Shown: one piece after another, positions 51,301-64,000 of the stretch
How positions within the stretch are numbered: position 1 is the first letter of the stretch
Layout of the letters: every line of letters begins with the position of its first letter
DNA from: Podarcis gaigeae
Lineage: Eukaryota
Length of the DNA stretch: 64,000 bases
Strand: one strand, 5' to 3'
Assembly: GCA_964106915.2 (NCBI GenBank)
Contig: OZ066919.1
The notes under the pieces: model-generated
Seen by the model: only the letters and a program-made list of their open reading frames with translations
What the model was told of the DNA's origin: nothing
Database searches by the model: none
Program-made: the position numbers and the translations under genes

Positions 51301-53267
51301 GACTTATTGTGAATTCTTTAGAGGCTTCCTGAGACCACTAGGTCTCAGCCTACCTTCTTCTGCCTTCTGGCAGTCCTCTCAAGACTTCCAAGAAGTGTGG
51401 AAGGTGTATATTGTCTTTGACAGGACCCTGGTATCCCCAGTCCTGCCCCTTTCCATGGCCTTTGCCACCAGGTCCTTTGAGGCTGTGGAGTAGCAGCAGC
51501 TAAGCTAATGAATTAGCTGTTGAACTGGTGAGGGGGAAAAAACTTTCAAGGATTTTTTTTAGCTAAGCAAACTTGAGTGGACTTTCCTCTTGTTTCTCTG
51601 GGGTCTTCTTTTGGTTCCACTCTGGTTGACACAGGGGTGCTGAGTTCAGCATCAGATGGCTGCAGTTCCTGACTTATTGGGGAAATAACTCAGAATATGG
51701 TTCTGCTTGCTGCAGAAGAAATACTGTAGCGCTGAAACTGCTTATATTGTTTCCATTCTAGTTTATGCATTCGAAGCTCTTTTTCACTAAAATGATTGCA
51801 TGACAAAGTAATAGAATTGTTACATATTGAATGCATGGAAATTGCTGCATAGAGTGCTCGCCATTTATAAAAAAAACATAAGGATAGGGCTCAAATAGTT
51901 AATTCAACAATTAATTATTAGACATGGTGCTTACAGGTCCAGCAGCAGCATGCAAGTATCTTCTCTTTCCATCTAAGACTCACTTATTTCTACAGACTCA
52001 CTTATTTATCACTTTGCCTCTCTTCACTTAGATCTGGTTAAGAATGAGCAGTGAGACGTTTTGCAAGTGCAATCTCTGTTATATTTCCATCTTTACTGCA
52101 CACATCATATTCCAAACAGAATTTTTCTTTGAAGGTCCAAAGAGCCTACACCAGAGGTTCTTAAATCTTGGTGGACCACAAGCTCCATTCAGTCAAGAAT
52201 AACTGTGCTCAGCTGCGAACTTATTTGTATCTGACAGCAGAAGAAATGGGAAATACATAAAATATTTACCAAGGCACTGGATGCTATTAAAGGCCAGTCT
52301 GAAGCGATGAGCCTAGTAAATGTCAAGATCACAGTAGAGGGGTAGTCCCAAATACATGAGCTTCCTGTGGTATGCCTAACTATGCAAACAGCATGCCAAC
52401 AATAACTGCAAAATCAGCTTTTGGATTTAAGCTTTGGAAGAGACTGGGAAATTGTCACAGTGTGACTTTCTAAATATTTCAAACATGGTATATATCTTCA
52501 AGTGAATACTTATACAAATAAACTTCAAGTATGCACACTTAAAGCAAGTATCTTAACCCACTACACTTTCAGATATCAATCATGCTGTATTAATTGAAAG
52601 GATTTGGTCTAATCTCATAAAGAAACAGGCAAACTCTTGGCTTTCCTTTAAAGTAAGAATATATCACTCATGCCATCCATTACTGTGCTATAATTATGGT
52701 AAGTGAAGCAGAACAGAATCGATGGAGCAATTTATCAATGCATTCCAAACTTGTGTAGCGCAGTTGATGTCATGCAACTGCAGATACTATCCCTCAATCT
52801 AAAAATATCCTACAACCCGGATGTTATTTCTATCTTTTTCTCTTTATTTAATATTTTCATAAGTACTGTAATTAGTATTCACTATGAAATTATACTTAAT
52901 TTAGACAGTTTATATTCCAATTCCTAAAGTGTATTTTTAATAAGGGTGAAAATGAAGTATTTTGTGCTGCAAGATTGTAAAAATCCCAAATAATTTAAAT
53001 TTTGGAATTTGGTCTAATTCAGGCATTGATAATGTCACCATCAGGGTGTTAGGGTTGCAGTCTAACTTTGTAAACTTTGATAATATGATACCATTATCTA
53101 TTGTAAGTGATTTTTTTTGTTCGAAATAAGCGATTTGGTTTGGTTTTAGCAGATTTGAAAATTGTGGAATTCCATAATTGTGCCAGGACAGTATTTGCCA
53201 CTTTGCTGCTATTCAAGCAACGTCTAGTCCAGGCAGCTCCCGCGCAACTTATTCCCCAGTGAGATAG

Positions 53268-53396
53268 ACATCTGCACTATGAATTTTATAACAACTCTCA
53301 ACACCCCTAACAAAGTACAGTTCCCAGGATACTTTGGGGGAACCCATGACTGCTTAAAGTGGTATAATACTGCTATAAATGCATAGTGCAGATCTG
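53268..53396. mobile_element. Short MITE-like element
   Basis: Inverted termini atctgcactatg / catagtgcagat. Confidence 0.6.
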
Positions 53397-54549
53397 GCAA
53401 TAGATGAAATGCAGGAAGGGGAAAGTTTCTGGCAGCACTGACCCAGTTCAGATAATTCTGTATTTGCCAACCTTGAACAGAAGCACTCTACTTGACAACA
53501 TTTTGTTGCAGGGGCCTACTGATTTTCACAATATGTTTGAAACTGAAATTGTCACTCAAAAATTAGATACTGTTTTCTAGAGCAGGCTACATTGGAAAGA
53601 AAGAAGAAAAGATAATGGAGTAAAACCAATGATTTAATATACCCCACTGCTGCTGGCAACAAAAGTTGACTAAATATGGGGCAACTAAGGGGCAATTCAA
53701 CACACACACACCCCTAACACAAGGGAAGCAATAAAGCAGACTAAACTTGCAAATAGGGAGTTTTAAAATTAGGGTTAGAAAGTATCTTTGGTGAATAGAA
53801 CTTTATTGTGAGTGGATGCCATGGTGAGGGACCTTGCTGGTTAATATTATACTGTATTAAGTGTTGTATGGAACCTCTGGTTCGATTCTGCTTCTAGTTG
53901 ATTGTGGAGAATCATGCTGGGGCTAGCAGTTGTAGTTCCAAACATATAGGGGGCATCAGCTTGGGGATGATTGTGCTAGAATTTGTTTTTTGGAAGAGGA
54001 TTGCATGCAGTAACCATATAATCCTTTTTTATGAATTGGGGGAAATTGGGTGGAATCTTGTTCAAGAGTAAGAAGAACCTTTGAGTTTCCTAATAAAAAA
54101 TAGTGATTTCAGATAATTAACTGATGAGAGTACTTCCCCTTTCATTGACACTTGGGAAACGTCTAAAGTAGCTAATGAAAAACACAATGTTCTCTTTCAG
54201 GGAAGTGCCTCTTTTAAATAGCTAACTTTCACTTGCTCTTTTCTTAAATAACCCAGTTAAAATCTTTTTCTCTCTCCATGTGATCTTAAATGTATACAAA
54301 GAAAGAATGATCCTGTACTTTGACTCCAGCTAGAGTTTCGATGGCCTCATTAAACATTAACAAAAGGGAAAGTGCATTCTGCATTTTGTAATTCTTGATC
54401 TGTCACTTTTTTATTGTATATCCGTAATAGCTGGATAGCACAGTATATGTACATGTCAGTATATGTCAGTAGTACTTGGACGCTATACCTGCAATCTGGG
54501 TAGCTTATCTGAGATCATAACCATCCAGCATATTTTTGTTTCCTCTTTG

Positions 54550-54552
<3 letters not shown>

Positions 54553-54609
<57 letters not shown>

Positions 54610-54612
54610 TGT
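54553..54612. repeat. Compound (CT)n(GT)n microsatellite
   Basis: Directly visible. Confidence 0.97.
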
Positions 54613-57055
54613 TGCAGCAAAAGAAAACATGAAAGGGTTAAGGACCATGCAGCTTGAATTTCCTTAATAAAACAAGTGTTCTAGGAAATCAGAATAACCC
54701 TCATTAAAAAAAAACTGTTTTGTTTGATATTACAAAGAACCGTTTTACCTGATATCACACTACATTGCTTAATTTGGACTATATTTAACCACCATTCTGT
54801 TTAAATAGTGTCTGCGACTTCTGAATGAATGCCAGACAAATTCTCAAAATGGTTGCCAAGCTATAAGATGGCTGCCAAGGACTGAATACATAGAACAGGT
54901 CCAAGATGGTGACCAACTTCACAAAATTTTCCTGTATCCCCCCCACCCAGGCAACGAAGATGCTGAACTTGGCACCAGTCTCTTGGCACTACAATTTATA
55001 GAGTCATCCAGAGATCCGAGTAGTAACTGTGTTCTTCTTTCACAGTACTTGGCAGAAAGCTGTTTAAGGGATGACGTGAGGTGAACTAGCTAGTGTAAAA
55101 TAACGTTAAGAGCTTTCTTTCCTTGGCTACAGTATACCAAGCATGAACTGGAAGGCTGTATTATTTTCAAAGAACTCAGAAGTAAGCAGCCATCAATGAT
55201 ATTTCAGACTGTTTTCTTTTGTTACATGCATCTAAAGAAATGCAAACTTTATATATACTGCAAGCTTCAAACGTATTTTAGTTGCTGCATTTGTTTACTT
55301 ACATTTATAGCAAGTTGCATTCTGGCAGTAGAACTACTTAGCAGATTGAAATAAAATCATAAGGTTGAATTAAAACACACTGCTGTTCGTGCTGATTAGA
55401 ATTTTAGCTTAGTGTAAATACCGGATGTTGTGTCCAACTTTTCCGGACTTGGCAAAGACTCAACAGGGATCTCTGGGCTATAGAGAAGACAGTGTGTACT
55501 TGAATGCTTTTATAAAGACTTGGAGAGGTAGAACTTAGCTACTTCTGCTAGTGTGCTGGTTAATTATGTAGTTGAATAATATGCTATATGGTTCCTTGGA
55601 AGCTGTAAAGAAGGAAGAAAAGGAATAAGATAATGCAACATATTGGTCCCTAAGAACGCTGAAAAGCTGGAATGTATTTAAATCTTAAGCATTGTTGTCT
55701 AAACGCTTCTCTAAAAGACAAGCTTTAAATACACCATTGGGTAAAATATCTGAAGTATATTTAGTAAAGTGTAGGATGTATTCACAGATTTTTGAATGTC
55801 TTATATGGGGGTTGCATGTGCACATATGCTCTGGAATGTAAAAAGTTTTGTATGAGTTTTAACAAAAGAAATGTTTGTTTTACATGGAGTGCTTTATATG
55901 GGGGTGTTTCCTACCTCCATCTTCTTGAAGAATGAGTTGGTTGTTAAATACAGTTTTAATATCTCATAGAGAACAGCCCTGTATATATTTACTTAGGCAT
56001 GAGTCCCGTTATGTTTAGATACACTCAGATAAGTGTGTGTTGGATTGCAACTGTAAGCTCCTTCATGCTCGTCAAGCTGAAGGATACCCACATCAGTTGT
56101 AAATTCCTGGCTTCCCAATTGACTTATTTCTCCCACCAAAACAAAACAGGCAAAAGTGGTGCCTTGTCTCTCTAAGAAGGCATTTTCCCAACTTTCTTTC
56201 TCACTGACTATTTTCCATAGAAGTAACTCCCTATTTCATTTTGAATTTTGCATTGTTGCCTGAATGCTTTGCTCTTGGACCTCCTAAGCTCGGTTTCTAT
56301 CCTGCTTCCAGCCCTCTGCATATCTTTCTTTGTTCTAGTGCAGACTGGAATTGTGGTCACCATGCATACATTCTTTGAACTACTACCATATCTCTTTGAT
56401 ACAACGTTATTTCATTTTCTGGTTCCTGACCTTCTGGCTACTATGTTGGACATTGTGCTCTCAGGGCTGCCCATTGGTTACCAGTTATTAACCAGATGCA
56501 GAGGACAATCACTGAGTATACATACCTTTTGTGGGAAAAGGCTACCAACAGAAACAGTGTAAACTGAACAAAACAGGCTCACATTCAGCATTACCAAGCC
56601 AGTTTCAGAGCTGGAGGTCAGTAAACTGGATCAGTAAGACACAGAAGTTTGGACACAGAAAGAACTTCTTTACCATTAATAGTTGTGGCGTAGGAATTTT
56701 AGCAGCCATTGCTTTTCATACCCCTGAATGACAAGCTTCACCTACTAATATTCCTTCACTTACATCATTATAAGAAGGTGGACAGTCTTGCTGCCCTTTA
56801 CATTTGAGCTGCAGTCACTTCAGTTTTGAGTCTGTGGAAATAGACTTTGCCCGTTTCCCTTCAGTGTAATTGTAACTGAACTATTTTTGAACTGGCAGCA
56901 GTCAACATTATGGCTTCCAATGTTACCCTCTTTATTTTTAAACTAGTTTTGATGTAGTGAATGCTTATGGTTGCCTGCATGCACATAGTGCGCTAACATA
57001 CATGTATGCCCATGGCTCATGCAGAACATACTTTTTGTAGAGTGAGTTTCAGTGC

Positions 57056-57195
57056 NNNNNNNNNNNNNNNNNNNNNNNNNNNNNNNNNNNNNNNNNNNNN
57101 NNNNNNNNNNNNNNNNNNNNNNNNNNNNNNNNNNNNNNNNNNNNNNNNNNNNNNNNNNNNNNNNNNNNNNNNNNNNNNNNNNNNNNNNNNNNNNN
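57056..57195. other. Assembly gap (140 N)
   Basis: Run of N. Confidence 1.
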
Positions 57196-59522
57196 TCCTC
57201 CGAGGACTGTTGCCAAAACCTTTGAAGGGGTTGAGGTGGATTCCCTGCCAGAATGAGTCACCGCTCTCTATTTTATTTGGTGTCCTTCTGCCAAGGCCTT
57301 AGACACTTTCTGTTTTCGTTCTTTTGTAGGCTTTCCTTCCCACATTGTGGTTTTCTTCACAGCCAGAGCTATGTGTTTGCCAGCATAGGTGAGAGAGTGT
57401 GACGAACTCTCCAAATGCCATTGCTAGGCTCAGCTTAAGTCCTAGTGAATATATTTAACCGTTGTATTAGCTACTGCAAAAAAGAAAAGAATCCAAATGA
57501 TGATTAATTTAAAATTTAAAAAGATAGCTTCAGCCAATATAGAGGGGTTTCTCAAAGTTATGTCATGCAACTTGAAAGGTATCACATTGTCTTCTCAATA
57601 ATAATAATAATCTGTTTTATGTGTAAGCTACTGGTATCTTCAGGTATAGTGGCATATGTTTGGACGTCTGAAACAGAGAGGGTGACAATTTAAAGAACAT
57701 TGATAAAATTGACAACTAGCAGAAGACCTTAAGCACATCCAAAAAAACCCAACCAAAATTGTATTGTACTCCCATTTCAGGCAGTCCTAGTAAACTAGTA
57801 ATACTCCTGGAACAGGGTTTATAAGCAAAGATATAGAGAAGCGGCAGTAGAGCCTTCAACAGATTATGAGGGGTTTTGAAGCAGACCCCATGTTCATTTT
57901 TGTACATTTATAAACATTTTGTTCATGTGCATTAATTTTGCATTTATTCTAATAGTGATAGGAAGCAGCAGGTACAGGTTCAGGGCTGTGGTAGTAGAAA
58001 TAGAAGTAAACTGAGATTACTATGAGGACAAGCTTGGAGCTTCAAAACCACCACAGTATCTAGATGCAATACATAAGAAAATGTGGGGAGGGTGAATAAT
58101 AGTTTGGGAGATATGGTATCCCCAGTTTTTACATTTCAGAATCCATCTACCAATATTTTATTGTTATTCTTTGGCATTAGGCTCGTGGAAACCTGCATTT
58201 AAGGGACAGCAGTTCAAATGGTCTACAAATTCTGTTTTTATTCCATCTTCTTCATTGCCTCTGTGCAGTCATATGCATGGGATCTGCACCTGTTCAGAGC
58301 AACACCTCCAAAGCTTCCAGAGCTTTTTAGAACTTTTCAATGGAGAAATTCTTGCATTGTGCTCATGCCTCAAAGAGTGGTCAGGTGCTTTTCCACTCAA
58401 TTCTCTTCTGACCGCTATTTGAAAACACCTCTCTTTGTTTTGGCTTTGAGAGCTCCCCCAAATTAATTTAACTTAGTTTTAAGTTTAGGATTACTTTTCT
58501 TACTTGTTTTAGCCTCATTCTGTGCTGGACCAATGTAATTCAATTATTTCCCCTCCTGATAATCCTACTGATTCTACTATGATTCTACTGATTATTTCTG
58601 CTACTGCCACTGTTTCTTTTCCCGTTTTCTTTTTTGCAACATAGGGATAGGGCAAAGAGCCATTGGTGTATTATAAAGTATAATCAGCTTTTGCACCAAA
58701 TTAATGTAAATGGAGTGTTGTTTTAATAGAAGCAGAATATTATTGATTTATGTTCATCATTTGAACAAATTATTTCATTAAAAGGGGCATTTTTTAATAT
58801 ATGGTGGAAGAAAATTCAAAATCCGGAAGAATGTTATTAGATGCAGCATTCCATAAGAGCCCTCCTTTAGAAAAGGACTGCATTGTTGGAAGTTACACTC
58901 ATTCATTTGATGTGGTATAAATACAGTAGAAGGTACTTTTAAAAAAAAAAAATCCTATTGAAATTAGAAACACTGAAAGAAAGAAAAAAAATAGAGGCCT
59001 TTTCTCCCTATGTGCCTAAACATAGAATGTAAAAGAGTACAACAGGCTCAGTGAATGGCTATTCAGAAAGTTTCTTTCTGGTCTCCAGAAGGCTGATTAT
59101 CCAGATAATAGAGCCATTCACAAATATATTTTTTTCCAGCATAACAAATAATAAAATAATTGCACAATGAAATTCTCATGGAAGTGCACAATTGATATCA
59201 GAAAGGGATAAAAGAAAGGGAAAGAACATTTCATCAGGATCTTGCATCTGATTAATTAGAAAATATTTGTAGAATCTCTTTCTTTGTCAAAATCATGGTG
59301 TGCTAAAGCCGTTGAAGTTCACAGGATGTGCTGAACTTGTACCCTTGAATAACCTGCTTTCTGTGGGCTGTGTATCTGCTTTTCTAGCCTTTGCGGGAAT
59401 GGCTCAAGCGTGGGTGAAATCCCATTAAAATCTTCAGTACCTTGCTCCTGAAGAAGAGAGAAGTGGGAGGGGGGACAGAAGGGAGAGAGAGAGAGGGATA
59501 GAGAGAGATACTACTATGTAGT

Positions 59523-59641
59523 CAGTGGCATAGCGTAGGTTGTCAGCACCCGGGGCAAGGCAAGTAATTAGCGCCCCCTAACCCCCAGATGTTGCGTCCG
59601 GTGCAGCCGGCCCCCCCTGCGCCCCCCACGCTACGCCACTG
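59523..59641. mobile_element. hAT-type MITE
   Basis: TIRs cagtggcatagcgt / acgctacgccactg; perfect 8-bp TSD tatgtagt. Confidence 0.93.
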
Positions 59642-59699
59642 TATGTAGTATGAGTTAATATTAATAAATTGTCAAATCTGTTAAGTTCAGTGATGCTGT

Positions 59700-60060
59700 T
59701 ATTATTTATTTAGATCATTTATATCCTAGTCTTCAGTCTAAAGGTCACTCCGGATGGCTTACATACAATAAATTAAAAGAAAAGAAAAGAGGCCTGCAGG
59801 CTTAATTACAGCACACAAGGAAAATAGACAGGGAGGGAAAATGAAAAAAGCAAACTCAAGCACCAACTTTAACATCTCTTATGATGACCAGCTGGTGAAA
59901 AAAACTACTCGGGCCCAAAAGGCGCCTGATGGAGCTGGCCTTTGGGGAAAGCTGATAGAATGTTCCTGCTTCTTATTTTTCCCACTGAGGCAGTCTAAGG
60001 GAATGACTACTACCAGGTGAAGAGGCTGAAGAGGCCTGATAGAGCAGGTCTTTCAGCAGA
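59700..60060 (-). repeat. Interspersed repeat fragment (same family as 14850-15030)
   Basis: Shared cctgcaggctta and caaactca blocks; internal gcctgatggagctggcc / gcctgatagagcaggtc repeat. Confidence 0.5.
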
Positions 60061-60394
60061 GCAGTAGAACTGCTGCAGTTTAATACAAACAACCTTGTTT
60101 GAACACTGAAGCCTTACTTGGTCCAGTTCCGGCATAAAGCCATGCATCAGTCGTGTCACTCTAGGGATGGTGCTTGGTGCTGCAGTACATGTGTGAAAAT
60201 GTTTAATTAAAAAGTTTGACTGATGGCAGATAATTTAATGGATTTGGATTATTCCGTTAATGTGGACTTTGCTAATATCAACATGCAGATGACCTAAGTC
60301 TCCATATCATCAGTATCAGGAGTTTCATCTTGTCCTCATACTTCTGTTGGGAAGCGAGGACAGAGTGTTCTAGATAGGGCCTATTCCCCCTGAA

Positions 60395-61140
60395 TATAGC
60401 TTGGAGGTACTCCTGGATCCAGCATTATCTCAGGAGGACTAGGTGGCGTCAGTGGTTAGAAGTGCTTATTTCAAGTTGCAGCTGGTTTGTCAACTCCAGC
60501 TGTTCCTGCTGTGAAAGAGCCTTGCCACAATAATGCACTCCCTGGTAACCTCTCCGTTAGATTACTGTAATGTACTCTACATAGGACTATTGTTTAAGAT
60601 GGTCTGGAGCTGCAGCTAGTGCATTATGTGACTGCCAGATTTATGAGGAATGCATCTACCGGTAATCAGAATTGTATAGCATCAATCCTGCAGGTTCTAC
60701 ACTGGTTTCCAACATACCACCAGGTACAATTAAAGGTGCTATTGTTAGCTTATAAAACTTTAAATGACTTGGAACAAAAATACTTCAAGAAGCACGTCTC
60801 CCTATATCAGGCTGCCCAGGATAGGACCATTTTTATAGTGTCACTCCATTTATGGAACTCCCTCCTTTTGTGTATATGGTACTGTGTTCGCTGGGTTCTC
60901 AGTACCACCTAAAGATAACACCCTTTCACTCATTACTTTGAGAGAAATCGATTTGGTTGATGTAACAGGTAAGGCCTTTGTAATGTATCTGTTTATATAA
61001 TGCACAGGCATGTGTTGATATAATGGTTTTAATTATGAGTTTAATAAATGTATTTTTTGTTCATATTTATTGCTTTAGTTATTTTATTGGAAACTACCCT
61101 GTAATCTTAACTGAGGAAAGGCAGGTTAAAAATAGAGTGG
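60395..61140 (+). mobile_element. L2 LINE ORF2 C-terminus and 3' UTR
   Basis: LEVLLDPALS...SAYFKLQLVCQL...SLVTSPLDYCNVLYIGL...LHWFP...LKVLLLAYKTLNDL. Confidence 0.92.
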
Positions 61141-62190
61141 CTAAAATATATATAAAAAGGACATCATCTATAATATCTAGATTACTCTTGAAATCAGAGT
61201 GTTGGGATGACCAATATTTGGTCTGGCCCAATAAAGATGATTTCTTTGTTTTATTCTTGGGAAGAACAAACACTGCACATTGATTATTACTTACTTTGTA
61301 TCTTTCCCTATAGTAATTGATTCTGGACAAGAAGCACATTTAAAAATATTTGAGGGAAAGTGTGTCAAAGCCTGACATTAATAGGAAAAGAATGATATGG
61401 TTATATTCCCTTCTCTTTCATTTCTTCTTCCCTCTTTTCCTTTTGGTGTGAAATAAACACGAAGCCCATCCATTGCAGATTTAATTATTGTTCTGCTGAA
61501 TGGTTTTTAAAAAATGCATGAAAACAGAAGGGCACAAGACTTCCTGAAGCTTTACTTGTCATGGCAATATGCAACTAATTGTGCATCATCCACCAGGACT
61601 GATAAATTTGGGAGACGCATTTCTAAATTTATTGAAGAAGGAGTCTGGGATTTTGATATGGAAAACTTGAAAAAGGTATTTGGAATCTGGATGAAATATT
61701 CATAGATATAAAAATTTCTAGTACCAAGAAAGGGCTGCTGGGTGCCATGATGACTGTGCCTCTGATTTCCTAATTCCTGTTTTCCCCTGTTTTCTCAGCT
61801 CTGTGTTTAAATAAACTCTTCTGGTTATGCCTTTCACACATCACTGCTTTTGGCTTCAAAGACTCCTTTTAATAACTTATTCTTTGGTTTCATTTCCTTT
61901 TGAACATGAAATGGTTTAACCAAACACGCTGTGTACTGTACACCCCCACTAACACTGTCGGAGGGGGAGAGAGACTTTATATGTAACAGTGAGTTTGTGT
62001 TCTTTTTGCTTATGCAGCCTGCTGTCCTTAAGTTTTCAAGATAGTTTTTTTTGGTGTGTTTTTTTATAAGCACTGTGTCAGACCAGTCCCTGAAATACTC
62101 AGTCTGGACCATGGTATCCACTGCTTTAATGGCAGTCTAAGGACCAAAACAGACATGATGTGGGCCACAGTTAAAGTGCCTACCTGTGTA

Positions 62191-62437
62191 CAGTGGTACC
62201 TCAGGTTAAGTATTTAATTCATTCCGGAGGTCTGTACTTAACCTGAAACTGTTCTTAACCTGAAGCACCACTTTCTTAACCTGAAGCACAGCTCCTGCTG
62301 CTGCCGCGCCGCCGGAGCACGATTTCTGTTCTTATCCTGAAGCAAAGTTCTTAACCTGAAGCACTATTTCTGGGTTAGCAGAGTCTGTAACCTGAAGGGT
62401 ATGTAACCTGAAGCGTATGTAACCTGAGGTACCACTG
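62191..62437 (-). mobile_element. Tc1/mariner MITE, family A
   Basis: TA+cagtggtacctcaggtta ... taacctgaggtaccactg+TA. Confidence 0.93.
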
Positions 62438-62994
62438 TACTTGTTTCATACTTTGATAAAGTTAAAGAACCCTTTGCTACACCTTGACTTTTAAGGAAGA
62501 CAGCAGCCAAGATGCCTGTATGGGCTCTTTTGAGCATGGACCACATATTGCCTATGTCTGCTTATGTGATTGAGACTTGAGCCTTTTGGAAGGGAAAGCA
62601 AAAGAGTTTTATTCTCCGTCCTACACATTTCATAGTAATGCTAATGCCTGTTGCCAGGATTACTTACATGAAAGATGTTGTGAACTCATGCCATTGAACT
62701 ACGTTTCCATACTTCATGTCATCATGCTTTATCCTACAGTGATAACACATCTCAGCTAGTCCACCAAATGCATAGTACATTTCCATGAATTACTCATACA
62801 CCGTTAAGGCAAATTAAACAATTACCCTGGGGTCACAGAGACAGATTTTTTCTCACAAACTGCAATTGCATTCTGCTAAAAATAGCTATGGTATTTTCTC
62901 TCTGTATCAATATATGGGAATTTTATGCTGCACCAGTTAGTGACTGGCACAGTAGAGAGATTCAAATAGGGCTGCAGAGGGTTGCTATATGCAG

Positions 62995-63120
62995 AGGGTT
63001 GCTATCTTTTTCCAGGACACGTCCTCTTTCCTAAAATGAGAGTTTTCATAGTGATCCATAGTTAAAAGCAGAAGTCGGTGGATGTGTCCTCTTTTTTGCT
63101 CTTCAAAATATGGCAACCCT
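62995..63120. mobile_element. hAT-Blackjack-like MITE
   Basis: Termini agggttgctat / atggcaaccct; repeated gtcctcttt subterminal motif. Confidence 0.7.
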
Positions 63121-64000
63121 CCAGGAAGCTGGACTGGCTTAGAATCCAGAAGACCCTTGGCTGCCCCCGCCCCGAAATGCCCAATTTCAGGGCCTACTTC
63201 TGGCATTGGTGTTGTTTCCACCATCCTTTCCATGGTGACAACAGGGTCATTCGTGGTGGCAGAGGCAAGCAGATGGGGACTTCTGCCAGATCCTAATTGC
63301 CTCCAGCAGCACAGCTCAGGGTTAGGATTGCAACCATAGAAAATAACTATTTTTACCTATTCTGTTTATTAAATTTATTTGGTCACCTATCAAGAAATAT
63401 TCCATGAACAATTGAAAATATAACATTACAACTTCAGTACACAATAAATAAAATCATCAAGAAGTAATGCTAAGGGTGTGTCTACATAGCTTGGCAATCC
63501 TGGGTTCATTTAATGTAGTTTGGTCCAGAGATGAACATATTTCTGCTTTATTGATTGCTTCCTTTCATAGTCCCACAGCTAATAAATATGTTCTTTTCCA
63601 TGTTCTTTGTCTGTATGGATTGGTTTATTTTGGAACAACTAGTCAGTGCCTAGGGATTGGCCAATGACAAAAGGTGGGAACAGTGAAAAATTGGTTCTCC
63701 TGGGTCTTCAGTTCTCATTTTGTACCAGATGAGGAGCAGATGAGCTAGGTGCTAGGATACAATGAACTACAAATGTGATGGCAGATGCCTAGGGATAATG
63801 TGAAGTGTCTGTTAGTAATGTGATATAGTGCTTTAAATGGATGGTGTTTAATTTGGCCTCATTTCAATCCAGGGTTGTCTTAACTGCAATAATTTAGGGC
63901 CTGCAATGATACTTATCTGTCAGTATAAGTATGCTGGAGAACTTGGATATTTTCATTATTAATATGTTAAGGCTGATTTCCTATTTCTGTATCTTGGGGG

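Noticed and set aside
54121-54166. CTGATGAG...GAAAC hammerhead-like cores
   Set aside because: No stem II closing pair and no stems I/III; other CTGANGA hits (4235, 10812, 42786, 49199) also lack the fold
61514-61705. 63-aa ORF with a possible AAG|GTATTT donor
   Set aside because: No recognisable protein similarity and a weak donor
1-64000. Conserved miRNAs, snoRNAs, rRNA or endogenous non-retroviral virus genes
   Set aside because: A by-eye scan found only partial seed-like matches (such as tagcaccatc near 38537) without hairpins; an Infernal/Rfam and BLASTX search would be needed to exclude them

Overview
AT-rich vertebrate genomic DNA with two assembly gaps. The repeat content (Sauria SINE, tRNA-head/CR1-tail SINE, MIR-like SINEs, CR1 and L2 LINE ends, many Tc1/mariner-pogo and hAT MITEs) points to a squamate, most likely a lacertid lizard. 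I could not recognise any host protein-coding exon. The window looks like a large intron or intergenic tract with TE debris and several TE-free, motif-dense blocks that look regulatory, the strongest at about 15.9-17.75 kb. Most ORFs in the track are chance ORFs or LINE remnants. The most unusual object is a young 820-bp solo LTR (31613-32432; TGTCAG...CTGACA; 5-bp TSD GTTCT). Its U3 side is almost entirely one reading frame broken by a single frameshift, and would encode a 219-aa acidic, Ser-rich protein with an Arg-rich C-terminus. Repeat family names come from recalled consensus sequences, not from a database search.
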